This document shows, one piece after another, positions 27,660 through 37,586 of a stretch of DNA of 64,000 nucleotides. Source of the stretch: Spirochaetia bacterium (GTDB lineage Bacteria > Spirochaetota > Spirochaetia > DSM-2461). The translations under genes were made by a program, and so were the position numbers. Positions within the stretch are counted from its first letter, which is position 1; every line of letters starts with the position of its first letter. The notes below the pieces were generated by a model. That model searched no databases and had not been told where the DNA came from. It worked only from the letters and a program-made list of their open reading frames with translations. Where the stretch lies: the NCBI GenBank assembly GCA_963666985.2, contig CAXXIA010000002.1, forward strand, positions 2,848,001 to 2,912,000. Direction: 5' to 3'.

Positions 27660-29537
27660 TCAACCGGCCGTTTCGGGCGCGGGAGACGGAGCCGGAGAGC
27701 CCGCTTCCGGATCGTAGTGAAGAATCCGGATTGTCTCCGTTGTGCTTCTGTGACGGATTTTCACGTAGAGCGTTTCATTCGCTTCGTCGTAATTCCACCC
27801 TGAGTGATACCGCTGAAAAGCCGGATCGCCGTTCCATTTGATGCCTCTCATGTAAAGAACCTGGAATTTCTTAATCCCCTTGACGGCGAAATGATGGATG
27901 GAATCCGCCGGGAAATCCATGGTGATGGTGGTTTCCCGCGGGGTGCCGCGGACCGTGAAGCGTTCGGCTCCCGTGATGGCCCAGGAACCGGGACCCAGTT
28001 CCGCGGCGAGCGAGACGTGGCGGGGATAAGCGGGAGGGGCAATAACCGTCGGATACAGTGTTTCGGGAGCGATGCGTCCTTCCCGAATAACCTCACCTTC
28101 ACCTTCGAAAAGAATCTTTGAAGGCACCGAACCGTTCGCGTCGGCATAATCCAGCACCGAAAGCATCATTTGTCTTCCGATGCCTTGATATTGGCTGTCG
28201 TTGTTCCATTTGGATTCTTCCATCAGCAAATCGGCAACGGCAATGTTGATTCTCATATCGATGGATCCGTCGTCTTCCACCAGCCAGAGTCCGTCTTTCA
28301 CCCAGAAAATCTTGGGGATGATGATTTCGTCGAATAATCGGCGTCGAATAAGAGGATCGGACGAGGTGTCTTCCAGCGAAAGCCTGACGGCTTCGTGAAG
28401 GAGGCTCAGACGCGCAACCGCTTCCGGATTGGAAATGTCCCGCCGCGCGTCAAGCCGAATCGTTTTCAGGAGGGAATCGGCCGATCCTCCGGCACCGAAG
28501 TCGAGAAGGGCCGTCAGCGCGGATTTATCGCCCGGCTGAAATCTTCCCGGCTGGAATTCTCCCGATTGCAGGGCCGCGGTTAAGTTTTTCGCTTCGGCCG
28601 ACATCTCATCGGTATGGATTCGGCTTTGATTGACGATATTGCCCAGGTAAGGACAGGAAAGCCATCCGATGGATCGGGGGAAACGGTCCGCGAGGGAAAG
28701 AATCGTCTGAAGCTGGGAGGGAAGATCGCGGCGCTGCACGGAATCGGCGAGAACGGCGGCCGCCAGAGCATCATTCCACCGGACTTCGCCCGTGGAAGCG
28801 CTTAAAGTCGCTTTCCAGCCGTTTCGCGCCAGCGAAAGCCAGTCTCCGACGGCTCTGTCGTACGTTTCCTGAGACGGCGCCACGCCCTGCTTTATCCATT
28901 CGACGGCATTCAAGCCGCTTCCCCGCTGATTATCGGAGATAACAAGGACCGGATCGGCCTTGTCCAGAACAACCAGATTCAGGCGGCCGTTTTCGGGATT
29001 CCAGGATGAATCCTTGGGAAGAGACGCCATGTATTTCATCTCCGGAGTGCTGACCGAAAGGCTTTCCGGATTGTTCGGACTCAGCGTCATGCCGCCGCCT
29101 TTTTCAGGATGAAAAGGAATCTCAAGAGAACGTACCGGGGGCACGGTTTTCGGGATTTCCGGAATCAGAATGATTTCCTTTCCGTGGGTATCCGTTTTCA
29201 GAGTGAAGGCGGCGCCCTGATTGAAGGAAATTTTAAGCGTGTTTCCTTCCGAACTCCAATTTTCAATGTTCAGGGAGTGGCGAATCCCGTCGTCGGTGAC
29301 AAGAACGGCACGATCCGATTTTCGGAAGGTGATATTCGTACCGTTGGCCCGGAGGGAAAGACGCCTGATCTGCGGCGGTGAGAGGCTTGTTCCGATACTG
29401 GAACGTCCCTTAACGACCACGCCGCCCACAACGGCACTGAAATTCTCAACCCTGGTAAAATGGATGGTGAGGAAGCCGATGGTAAGAAGTATATAGGCCG
29501 CCGTAAAGAAGGTTCGGCCGGGTAGAACTCGATTCAT
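27660..29537 (-). CDS. hypothetical membrane-anchored periplasmic protein (~625 aa)
   Basis: Long ORF with a single N-terminal TM helix. Start placed at MNRVLP because TTGCCG-18-TATCAT lies 7 nt upstream. Confidence 0.75.
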   Translation of the reverse strand: MNRVLPGRTFFTAAYILLTIGFLTIHFTRVENFSAVVGGVVVKGRSSIGTSLSPPQIRRLSLRANGTNITFRKSDRAVLVTDDGIRHSLNIENWSSEGNTLKISFNQGAAFTLKTDTHGKEIILIPEIPKTVPPVRSLEIPFHPEKGGGMTLSPNNPESLSVSTPEMKYMASLPKDSSWNPENGRLNLVVLDKADPVLVISDNQRGSGLNAVEWIKQGVAPSQETYDRAVGDWLSLARNGWKATLSASTGEVRWNDALAAAVLADSVQRRDLPSQLQTILSLADRFPRSIGWLSCPYLGNIVNQSRIHTDEMSAEAKNLTAALQSGEFQPGRFQPGDKSALTALLDFGAGGSADSLLKTIRLDARRDISNPEAVARLSLLHEAVRLSLEDTSSDPLIRRRLFDEIIIPKIFWVKDGLWLVEDDGSIDMRINIAVADLLMEESKWNNDSQYQGIGRQMMLSVLDYADANGSVPSKILFEGEGEVIREGRIAPETLYPTVIAPPAYPRHVSLAAELGPGSWAITGAERFTVRGTPRETTITMDFPADSIHHFAVKGIKKFQVLYMRGIKWNGDPAFQRYHSGWNYDEANETLYVKIRHRSTTETIRILHYDPEAGSPAPSPAPETAG

Positions 29538-29628
29538 TGGACTCATGATACCGTCGGGCGCGTCTCGACGGCAAGGTTGCCCGTTACCGCCGCACTCGGC
29601 TATCATATGCCGTCAAGGAGACGTTTGA

Positions 29629-31101
29629 ATGCGCCATTTCCCTCTTTGGTTTCTCGCTTTATTTTTCCTGTTGATATCCTGCGGCACCGAAGGCCCAAGC
29701 GGATCGGCAGCCGTGGAAGCACCTTCATCCGGTGAGGAGCAAGCGGTGCGGGAATCGCCTCAAAAAGAGAGTCCCGCGGAAAAGTCTGAAGAAACGGTTG
29801 TTTTGAAGCCGGAAGAGAAAGCTGAAGAAAGCGGCGAGTTGGAAACGGCTGAGATTATCAATGCTTTGTACGAGAATGCCGGCGACAGCGAAAAAACGCT
29901 GGAAGCTCTTGAACGGTCCGGTACGGACGATATGAGTCCTCGGGCGCGTCTTGTTTACGCCGTACTGCTGAGGAATGAAGGACAATACGATGCTTCCCGA
30001 GAACAGATTCAATTGATTCTCGACGAGGAGCCGGATATGGCCGAGGCGTGGTTCAATCTTGCTTTGCTGGAACATGCCGTTATGAATGAAACGGCCCGGG
30101 ATAAGGCTTTGAATGCCGCGATCGACGCCGACGGAACGTATGACGAAGCCTATTCCTTCCGCGGGATTCTCGCCGCTTCGAAATCGAATTGGACCGCGGC
30201 CGAAGCCGATTATCGCAAAGCCTTGAGTCTGAATCCCGAATCGGTTGATTCGTTGGCCGGGCTCGGCCGAATCATGATGAACACCAAAGAATGGGATAAA
30301 GCGCTGCCTTTATTGAACAAGGCCTTGGACATCGAACCTGACGATACGTATGTTCTTGTGGATCGTTCCCGCGTTTTAACGGCCCGGGAAGAATACGTGA
30401 AAGCTTTGAAAGATTTGGGCCGCGCCATCGAGCTTGAACCGGATGTTCCCTGGCATTATCTTGATCGGGCTCGAATTCGTTTCCGCTTTATCAATGATTT
30501 GAACGGAGCTCTGGCCGATTTAAAGGAAGTGGAGCGGCTTGATCCGGGTAATTTTTTCGCTCAGGTTTATCTTGCCGGCATTTACGATCAGAAGCGTCAA
30601 TTCGCAACCTCGCTGGACTATTATCATCGAGTCATCGAAGCGCGACCCGATTACATTTGGGCCTTCATGCCTCTGGGGAAGCTCGAATATATGAATGGAA
30701 ATTATGAGGCTGCCGCATCCTGGTTTGCCAAGGCTTCCTCAAGAGATTCCGATGAATTTTCCTTCCGTCTGATGCGGGGCGTTTCCCTGCTGCGGGCGGG
30801 CAAGGCGAACGAAGCGGGCCGGGTGTTCTCGGAGGTTCTTAAATCATACAAGTCCGGGGACACACATTATGAGGTTATTCGTTTTTGTGCCGAGAGAAGT
30901 TCGGATTATTATGCCTTAAATGCGTTAAATAAGGAGGCCGACACCGTACTTCGGGAACGGCTTTGGTTTTATATCGGTGCGGTCTATGACTCCATGAATA
31001 ATACTCTCGGAGCTCAGGCCGTATACGGAAGACTCGCGGAGAAAAAAGGTCAAATGGAATATGATTTAGCTTGGGCCGCTTTGAATGGGATGGGCGGCTG
31101 A
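29629..31101 (+). CDS. tetratricopeptide-repeat lipoprotein
   Basis: Lipobox LLISC, acidic linker, many TPRs (AEAWFNLA, YRKALSLNP, KALDIEP, RAIELEP). Confidence 0.9.
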   Translation: MRHFPLWFLALFFLLISCGTEGPSGSAAVEAPSSGEEQAVRESPQKESPAEKSEETVVLKPEEKAEESGELETAEIINALYENAGDSEKTLEALERSGTDDMSPRARLVYAVLLRNEGQYDASREQIQLILDEEPDMAEAWFNLALLEHAVMNETARDKALNAAIDADGTYDEAYSFRGILAASKSNWTAAEADYRKALSLNPESVDSLAGLGRIMMNTKEWDKALPLLNKALDIEPDDTYVLVDRSRVLTAREEYVKALKDLGRAIELEPDVPWHYLDRARIRFRFINDLNGALADLKEVERLDPGNFFAQVYLAGIYDQKRQFATSLDYYHRVIEARPDYIWAFMPLGKLEYMNGNYEAAASWFAKASSRDSDEFSFRLMRGVSLLRAGKANEAGRVFSEVLKSYKSGDTHYEVIRFCAERSSDYYALNALNKEADTVLRERLWFYIGAVYDSMNNTLGAQAVYGRLAEKKGQMEYDLAWAALNGMGG

Positions 31102-31103
31102 AT

Positions 31104-32306
31104 ATGGGTGAAATACATGTTGAAACTCTTTCGGAAACCCGAACGAGGATTCGGTTCGATTCCAAGGAAATCCTTCTTGTAGGAACGGCGCACGTATCGG
31201 CCGAAAGTCTCGCCGAAGTTCGCGAAGCGATTCGTTCGGAACATCCGGATCATGTCTGCGTTGAAATGGACAAGGGGCGTCTTAAGAATCTCGAAGAAGG
31301 CCGCCGATGGTCCGCGACGAATCTGAAGAGTATCCTGAGAACCGGGCAGGGATTCATGCTGATGGCGAATCTGGCTCTTGCCTCGTTTCAGAGGCGCATG
31401 GGTGAAGATACAGGCGTTCAGCCGGGTGAGGAGATGAAAGCGGCCGTGGACGCCGCCCGGGAGGCCGGTATTCCGTTTTCCTGCAGCGACCGTTCCATCC
31501 AAACCACTTTAAGCAGAGCCTGGAGGCTCAGCGGATTTTGGTCGAAAATTAAGCTTCTTTCATCCCTTATCGCTTCTGTTGTTTCGAACGAAAGTGCCTC
31601 GGCGGAAGAAATTGAGAATCTTAAGAACTCGGATGCCATGCAGAGCATGATGAAAGAACTCGCCGATTATCTTCCGGCGGTTAAAGCGGTCCTTATCGAT
31701 GAAAGGGACTTTTTCCTGGCTTCCCGTATTTATACGGCTCCCGGATCGAAGGTTCTGGCGGTTGTCGGAGCCGCCCATGTTTCCGGAATCGTTGCGCTGA
31801 TGCGGGAAATGGAAGAACAAAAGCGTCCGACCGATACGTCGAAAATTGAAACCGTTCCTCCGCGCCGATGGTACGGCAAGGCCCTCCCTTGGATTATACC
31901 GGCTCTTATCGTTTGTCTTTTCGTACTGGGAATTGTCCGCTCCGGCTTTGAAAAGGGTTTGGAAATGAGTCTGGTTTGGGTTTTGGCCAACGGCATTTTG
32001 GCCGCTTTGGGTGCGCTTATCGCTCTTGCCCATCCCCTGACGATTCTCATCAGCTTTATCGGAGCGCCCATAACCTCGTTGAATCCCACGATCGGCGTCG
32101 GCATGGTGGCCGGGCTTTTGGAATACCTTTTCAGGACGCCCCGGGTTTTGGACATGGAAAATCTGAACGCCGATATCGTTACGCTGCGGGGATGGTACCG
32201 GAACAGGGTAACGCGCATTCTTTTGGTGTTTTTCTTGAGTTCCGTCGGCAGCAGCGTCGGAACCTTTATCGCCATTCCTTGGCTGACGCGTATCGTGGGA
32301 AGCTGA
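31104..32306 (+). CDS. TraB/PrgY (pheromone shutdown-like) family membrane protein
   Basis: LVGTAHVS, VCVEMD..R, PGEEM, LIDERD, VVGAAH, PITSLNP. Confidence 0.92.
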   Translation: MGEIHVETLSETRTRIRFDSKEILLVGTAHVSAESLAEVREAIRSEHPDHVCVEMDKGRLKNLEEGRRWSATNLKSILRTGQGFMLMANLALASFQRRMGEDTGVQPGEEMKAAVDAAREAGIPFSCSDRSIQTTLSRAWRLSGFWSKIKLLSSLIASVVSNESASAEEIENLKNSDAMQSMMKELADYLPAVKAVLIDERDFFLASRIYTAPGSKVLAVVGAAHVSGIVALMREMEEQKRPTDTSKIETVPPRRWYGKALPWIIPALIVCLFVLGIVRSGFEKGLEMSLVWVLANGILAALGALIALAHPLTILISFIGAPITSLNPTIGVGMVAGLLEYLFRTPRVLDMENLNADIVTLRGWYRNRVTRILLVFFLSSVGSSVGTFIAIPWLTRIVGS

Positions 32307-32395
32307 ATCCGGAATGCGCGCCGAATAAGGCGGGGCGGGGATGTTTCCGCTGCTGCAGCCGATTGATGGCGGCCGTCGAGCTGCGGCCCGTTGGT

Positions 32396-33778
32396 CTATG
32401 AGACAAGCCCCGTCGCAACGGCGTCCCTGATAAAGCGGACGGCGCGGCCTTTGCCGGGGAAGGCTCCCGATTCATCAGAATCTCCGGGCGCCAGCCAGTT
32501 TTCCAGACCGGCCTCGACGGCCGCCTTGATGCGGCGGCGCAAATGCGGAACGGATCGCACTTCGCCGGCCAGCGAAAGTTCACCGACGGCGATCAGATTG
32601 TTCGGGAGAGACTTTTCCGATCGGGCCGACGCCAGGGCAAGCGCCAAAGCCAGTTCGGCGCCGGTATCGGCAACACGCAGACCGCCCGCCACGTTCACGT
32701 AAAGATCCTGATCCGAGAGACGCATCCCCGCATGCCGTTCCAGAACCGCGGCCACGCGGCTCACCCGTCCCGGATCGATACGGTCCGAATAGACACGGCC
32801 CGAACCGCCTTTGGCCGGAACGGTCAAGGCCTGGATTTCCACCAAAAGGATACGGGAGCCTTCATAGATCGCCGTTATCGCGCTTCCCGAAGGAGGACCG
32901 TCTTCACGGTGTTCCAGAAACATCCCCGCCGCCTCGGCGATGGGAACCAGTCCCTTGGAACCCATGCGGAACATGCCGATTTCATCCACCGATCCCATGC
33001 GGTTCTTGGAGGCTCTGAGAATGCGCAGATCGGTGGAGGAATGGTCGAAATAGAGAACGGTGTCCACCAAGTGTTCAATAACCTTCGGCCCCGCGATGAT
33101 GCCTTCCTTGGTAACGTGGGCAATAAGGAAAATCGGGACGCCGGAGCTTTTGGCCCAGGATGTGAGTCTGTGACCCGCGATTTTAAGCTGATTGGGCGTT
33201 CCCGGTACGGCCCCGATGTCTTCGGAAACCAAGGTTTGGATGGAATCGGCCACGAGGAAGTCCGGTTTCTCATTTTCGAGAGTGTTCAGCAGGGCATCAA
33301 GGTTCGTTTCACAGAGAATCTTTAAGCGATCCTGAGAAAGATTCAGTCTGTCGGCTCTGTTTTTTACCTGACCCGGAGATTCTTCTCCGGAAACATACAG
33401 ACCTTCTCCGGGAAGGTTTGCCGCCACCTGGAGCATCAGGGTTGATTTCCCGATTCCCGGCTCTCCTCCCAAAAGAACGGTGGTTCCCGGAGAGAGGCCG
33501 CCGCCGAGCACGCGGTCCAGTTCATTAATGCCGGTAGGATGTTTCTCCGGAGGTGTCGGATCGATTCGGGAGAGAACAATGGGCCGGCGTTCATCCGGAT
33601 GATGGACCGAGGCCGACCTGGCGGCCGCCGATCTGGCCGCCGCCGAACTTGTTCCCGCCGAAAGGCGTACTTCCTTAAAGGTATTCCATTCTCCGCAGGC
33701 CGGACATCGTCCGAGCCATTTGGACTCATCATGTCCGCAGGATGAACACACATAAGCTGTTTTTGAGGTTTTGGCCAT
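32396..33778 (-). CDS. radA: DNA repair protein RadA/Sms
   Basis: C4 zinc finger CSSC…CPAC, GEPGIGKST, KNRMG, Lon-like C-domain. Confidence 0.96.
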   Translation of the reverse strand: MAKTSKTAYVCSSCGHDESKWLGRCPACGEWNTFKEVRLSAGTSSAAARSAAARSASVHHPDERRPIVLSRIDPTPPEKHPTGINELDRVLGGGLSPGTTVLLGGEPGIGKSTLMLQVAANLPGEGLYVSGEESPGQVKNRADRLNLSQDRLKILCETNLDALLNTLENEKPDFLVADSIQTLVSEDIGAVPGTPNQLKIAGHRLTSWAKSSGVPIFLIAHVTKEGIIAGPKVIEHLVDTVLYFDHSSTDLRILRASKNRMGSVDEIGMFRMGSKGLVPIAEAAGMFLEHREDGPPSGSAITAIYEGSRILLVEIQALTVPAKGGSGRVYSDRIDPGRVSRVAAVLERHAGMRLSDQDLYVNVAGGLRVADTGAELALALALASARSEKSLPNNLIAVGELSLAGEVRSVPHLRRRIKAAVEAGLENWLAPGDSDESGAFPGKGRAVRFIRDAVATGLVS

Positions 33779-33832
33779 CGCTTTTCTTCAGCCGCCCTTC
33801 AGCGCCGCCTTCGCGCTTACCCCGAAAGTATG

Positions 33833-34873
33833 CTACCGGTTGATCGCCACAAGCTCCATATCGAAAATCAGCCAGCTGTTGGGCGCGATGGGACCGTAGC
33901 CCTTTTCTCCATAAGCGAGTTCGGGCGGAATAACCGCCCGGCGGATTTCACCGGCTTTCATATCCATGGCCATCTCGGTCCATCCGGGAATCACGCCGTC
34001 CACGCCGAGGGTGAAATCGAACGTCTGACCTCTGGCGCGCGAACTGTCGAAAACCGTTCCGTCGAGCAGTGTACCGGTGTAGTGCATGGAAACCTGCGAA
34101 TTCATCTTCGGTTCGGCGCCTTCGCCCTCTTGAAGAATCTCATAATAGATTCCGGTTGAGCTTTTCCGTCTCTTTTCTCCCATTCCCATAAGAACGGCGG
34201 TTAGGGCGGGATCGATTTCGGAGAGTTTTTTGATTTCGGCTTCCCGGGCCGTATTATACAGAGCCGCGAAAGCTTCCTCATCGAAAGTGAAGGCTTCGGC
34301 TTCCTCACCGATTCGTTTGATGGTAATCGACTTGACGGTATCGCCCCACCGAATCTTTTTAAGACTTTTCGCTCCGGAAACGAGGGTTCCGAAAGCCGTG
34401 TATCTGTCGTTAAGGAAGCTGTCTCCTTCGATTGTAATAAAGAAGCGGCTTCCGGAGGATTCGGTGATTAATCCGTCCATAACAAGTGTTCCCGGTAATC
34501 CCGTATCACAGCTTGAGTTGAATTCCCTCGGAAGTGTGTACCCCGGTTCTCCCGAGCCTTTTTCCGTCGGATCGCCGGCAAAAACGGCATACCCGGGGGC
34601 TTCTCTATAAAAAGTCATTCCGTTGTAGAACGCCTCTCCGGGAGCCTTGACTTCGTTGGGAATGGTTCCTTCCGCCAGTCCGCAGAAATTGGCCGCTGTT
34701 AAAGGAACGTTTTTATAATCAAGCATGAAGACCATGGTTCCGTGTTCCGTGGCGATTTCCGCGTAAAGGCCTTGGGTAAGCTCAACCTTTTCTTCGGTTC
34801 CCGACGCCCAAAGCGAGGCGGTCGGGAGCGCGGCAAGAGCGGCAAGAATAATACCGGCAATACTTCTCTTCAT
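33833..34873 (-). CDS. exported cyclophilin-FKBP fusion PPIase with degenerate cyclophilin site
   Basis: Signal peptide; cyclophilin fold (PLTAANF, GDP, FFIT) plus FKBP (HYTGTLLDGTVFDSS, VIPGW, PPELAYG). Confidence 0.9.
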   Translation of the reverse strand: MKRSIAGIILAALAALPTASLWASGTEEKVELTQGLYAEIATEHGTMVFMLDYKNVPLTAANFCGLAEGTIPNEVKAPGEAFYNGMTFYREAPGYAVFAGDPTEKGSGEPGYTLPREFNSSCDTGLPGTLVMDGLITESSGSRFFITIEGDSFLNDRYTAFGTLVSGAKSLKKIRWGDTVKSITIKRIGEEAEAFTFDEEAFAALYNTAREAEIKKLSEIDPALTAVLMGMGEKRRKSSTGIYYEILQEGEGAEPKMNSQVSMHYTGTLLDGTVFDSSRARGQTFDFTLGVDGVIPGWTEMAMDMKAGEIRRAVIPPELAYGEKGYGPIAPNSWLIFDMELVAINR

Positions 34874-34883
34874 GGAGTCCTAC

Positions 34884-35924
34884 CTAGAAATCCAGCAGTT
34901 CGACATCGAATACAAGCCAGGCGTTCGAGGGGATGCCTGCCTGAGGAATACCCTGACTTCCGTAAGCGAGTTCCGGAGGCAGGATGATGATTCGTCTTTC
35001 ACCCTTTTTCATTTGCGCAAGCGCCAAATCCCAGCCGCTGATAACCTGTCTTCGGCCGACATTGAATTGAATGGGTTCATTTCTTTTTCGGGAGCTGTCG
35101 AACTCCATTCCGTTCATAAGCGTACCGGAGTAATGCACCGTAAGCTTGCTTCCCGCGGCGGGCGTGGAGCCCGTTCCTTCGGTTTTGATTACCGAATAGA
35201 TTCCCGTTTCTTCGTCGAGAACGGCATTGGGCCAGCGGTTGGCAATGATGTTGAGGGTTTCTTTTCGGGCTTCTTCCGCGGCGGCCTTCTGCCGTTCGGG
35301 AATACTGGTTTCGATTTCCCTGAACATCTCTTCATTTGCTTTATAAGAAGCGGCTTCCGAACCGATGCGGAGGATTTTGAGTTTCTTGATGGAATCTCCC
35401 TGCCGGATTGCATTAACGACGTCCTGCCCCTGAACGACTTGGCCGAAGATCGTATGCTTGGAGTTCAGATGGGGAGTGGCGACGTGGGTAATGAAGAACT
35501 GGCTTCCGTTCGTGTTCGGACCCGCATTGGCCATGGCCAGAACACCGGGGCCGTCGAAGGTCAGCCCGTTGTATGTTTCGTCGGGAAACCGGTATCCCGG
35601 ACCGCCTCTTCCCGATCCTTCGGGATCTCCTCCCTGAATCATGAAATCTTCAATTACACGATGAAAGGTGAGTCCGTCGTAGAACGGGCCTTTTTTGTTC
35701 GCGAAGTCCAGATCGCCTTCGGCGAGACCGACGAAATTCATCACCGTCAGCGGAGCTTTATCGGGGAAGAGTTCGACGATGACGACTCCTCTGGTTGTGG
35801 TGAATTCAGCGTACAGCCCGTCTTCGAGCTCAAGTTCGTTTTCATTGCATGATGTCGACATAATTGCGAATATGAGCGCGAGGGCCGGGAATAATACACC
35901 CCGCCTGAATCCCAAATGGCTCAT
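34884..35924 (-). CDS. lipoprotein cyclophilin-FKBP fusion PPIase
   Basis: AGGAGG RBS; lipobox STSC; FHRVIEDFMIQGGDP, MANAGPNTNGSQFFIT; FKBP HYSG…FDSS, VISGW. Confidence 0.94.
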   Translation of the reverse strand: MSHLGFRRGVLFPALALIFAIMSTSCNENELELEDGLYAEFTTTRGVVIVELFPDKAPLTVMNFVGLAEGDLDFANKKGPFYDGLTFHRVIEDFMIQGGDPEGSGRGGPGYRFPDETYNGLTFDGPGVLAMANAGPNTNGSQFFITHVATPHLNSKHTIFGQVVQGQDVVNAIRQGDSIKKLKILRIGSEAASYKANEEMFREIETSIPERQKAAAEEARKETLNIIANRWPNAVLDEETGIYSVIKTEGTGSTPAAGSKLTVHYSGTLMNGMEFDSSRKRNEPIQFNVGRRQVISGWDLALAQMKKGERRIIILPPELAYGSQGIPQAGIPSNAWLVFDVELLDF

Positions 35925-36208
35925 GTGTCCTCCTGTTCGGATGAAAGACGGCACCGAATAAGGCCGTCCGTTGATTTGTCCGCGGAAACGTACCGCATGG
36001 TGCTTTAGTATAGCGAGGCCGCTTTGCTCCGTCGACCCGAAGAGAGAGCTTCCCGGAGCAGGCACTCCGGGCCGCCGGACGGATCTCCGAAATTCGTTTC
36101 TCGGGCCGGAAGAAACGCAGGCCCCGTCCGGCACATCGGGCCGCCGGATTTACAGCGGCCCGGCGGGTACTCGGCGACCGCCTCTTTCCTCGGCGAACCG
36201 CAGGCTTA

Positions 36209-37381
36209 TTAGGATAAACAGATCCGGCGCGTCATAATCACGCCTTCGATGGCCGAGATTTTTTCAATCGCTTCATCGCTGATTTTGGAACCGGTGACAT
36301 CGATGATGTTGTAGGCGACGCCGTTTCTGTGCTTGTTCACCATCTCTTCGACGTTCAGACCGTTATCGGCCAAAATCTCCAGAATCTGGGAAAGCATGTT
36401 CGGGATGTTCTTGTTGGCGACTAACAGCCGTGAATTTCCCGAAGGTTCCAGAGAACAGGAAGGGAAATTCACCGAGTTGGTGATGTTTCCGTGTTCCAGG
36501 AAATCCTTAAGCTGGCGCGCGGCCATGACGGCGCAGTTGTCTTCGGCCTCCGAGGTTGAAGCTCCCAGATGCGGAATGGAGAGGACTCCTTCCACTCCCA
36601 TGAGTTCGGGTGCGGGAAAATCGGTAACGTATCGGCTTAAGATTCCGTCGGCAAGGGCCTGTTTTACGGCGCTTCTGTCCGCCAGTCCTCCTCGGGAAAA
36701 ATTAAGGATGCGCAGACCTTTCTTGGCCCGTTTGATTCGTTCGGCGCTGACCATGCCTTCGGTATCTTCCGTAAGAGGGACATGAAGAGTCATATAGTCG
36801 CAGGTCGCCATGAGCTGGTCGATGTTGTCGCATCGCTTTACCTTGGATGACAGTCCCCAAGCCGCGGCGACGGATATGAAAGGATCGTATCCGTAGACTT
36901 TCATGCCCAGTTCCACGGCGGCATTGGCCACGAGTACGCCTATGGCGCCCAGACCGACGACGCCCAGCGCCTTGCCCGCGATTTCGGTTCCCGCGAAAGA
37001 CGATTTTTCTTTTTCAACGTTTTTTGAGATTTCCGGGTCGTCCTTATGCGCTTCAACCCAGTTCATCCCTTCATGGATGCGTCTGGAGGAGAGGAGCATT
37101 CCCGCGATAACCAGTTCCTTTACGCTGTTCGCGTTGGCGCCGGGCGTATTAAAGACAACGATGCCTCGGTCGGTACATGTTTCCACGGGGATGTTGTTCA
37201 CCCCGGCTCCGGCCCTGGCGATCGCCTTGACCGTTCGGCCGATTTCTTCGGAAGGAAGTTTGTAGCTTCGGAGCAGCAGCGCATCGGGATTGGGGATTTC
37301 GCTGGCGACTTCATATTCATTGCGTCCGAATTCTTCCAAACCTACCGGCGATATCTTATTACGCGTTTGAATCGTGAACAC
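36209..37381 (-). CDS. serA: D-3-phosphoglycerate dehydrogenase with ACT domain
   Basis: ARAGAGVNNI, NTPGAN, GLGAIG, NFSRG, PHLGAST, C-terminal ACT. Confidence 0.92.
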   Translation of the reverse strand: MFTIQTRNKISPVGLEEFGRNEYEVASEIPNPDALLLRSYKLPSEEIGRTVKAIARAGAGVNNIPVETCTDRGIVVFNTPGANANSVKELVIAGMLLSSRRIHEGMNWVEAHKDDPEISKNVEKEKSSFAGTEIAGKALGVVGLGAIGVLVANAAVELGMKVYGYDPFISVAAAWGLSSKVKRCDNIDQLMATCDYMTLHVPLTEDTEGMVSAERIKRAKKGLRILNFSRGGLADRSAVKQALADGILSRYVTDFPAPELMGVEGVLSIPHLGASTSEAEDNCAVMAARQLKDFLEHGNITNSVNFPSCSLEPSGNSRLLVANKNIPNMLSQILEILADNGLNVEEMVNKHRNGVAYNIIDVTGSKISDEAIEKISAIEGVIMTRRICLS

Positions 37382-37586
37382 TTAAGTTCCTCCGGATCGG
37401 GCGATGGGTCCATCCGGCGGTCCGCCGAATTCGAAAGACCTTCTTAGTCCGATGAATGTTGTGACATAGGGGTACAAGAAGATCGGCGGATCGTCAATTC
37501 CCTCACGATGCTTCTTCGAAAAGAAACATGAATGATTTGCCCTTTTCAATGGTGGTTTTGCGGCCGATCGGCCTATAATAAAAGCT

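Noticed and set aside
32543..33325. 260-aa plus-strand ORF and similar 150-270-aa antisense ORFs across the window
   Set aside because: They lie wholly opposite well-supported genes (radA, sulfatases, MFS, aspS) and show no independent coding signal
33779..33832. Search for an SOS box upstream of radA
   Set aside because: Only short direct repeats (GCTGAAG) and no convincing palindrome; radA appears co-transcribed with the PPIases
34872..35852. 326-aa plus-strand ORF
   Set aside because: Antisense shadow of the cyclophilin-FKBP gene
35925..36134. 70-aa N-terminal extension of the PPIase ORF in the track
   Set aside because: An AGGAGG RBS and signal peptide support the start at 35924, which gives the same 346-aa length as the paralogue
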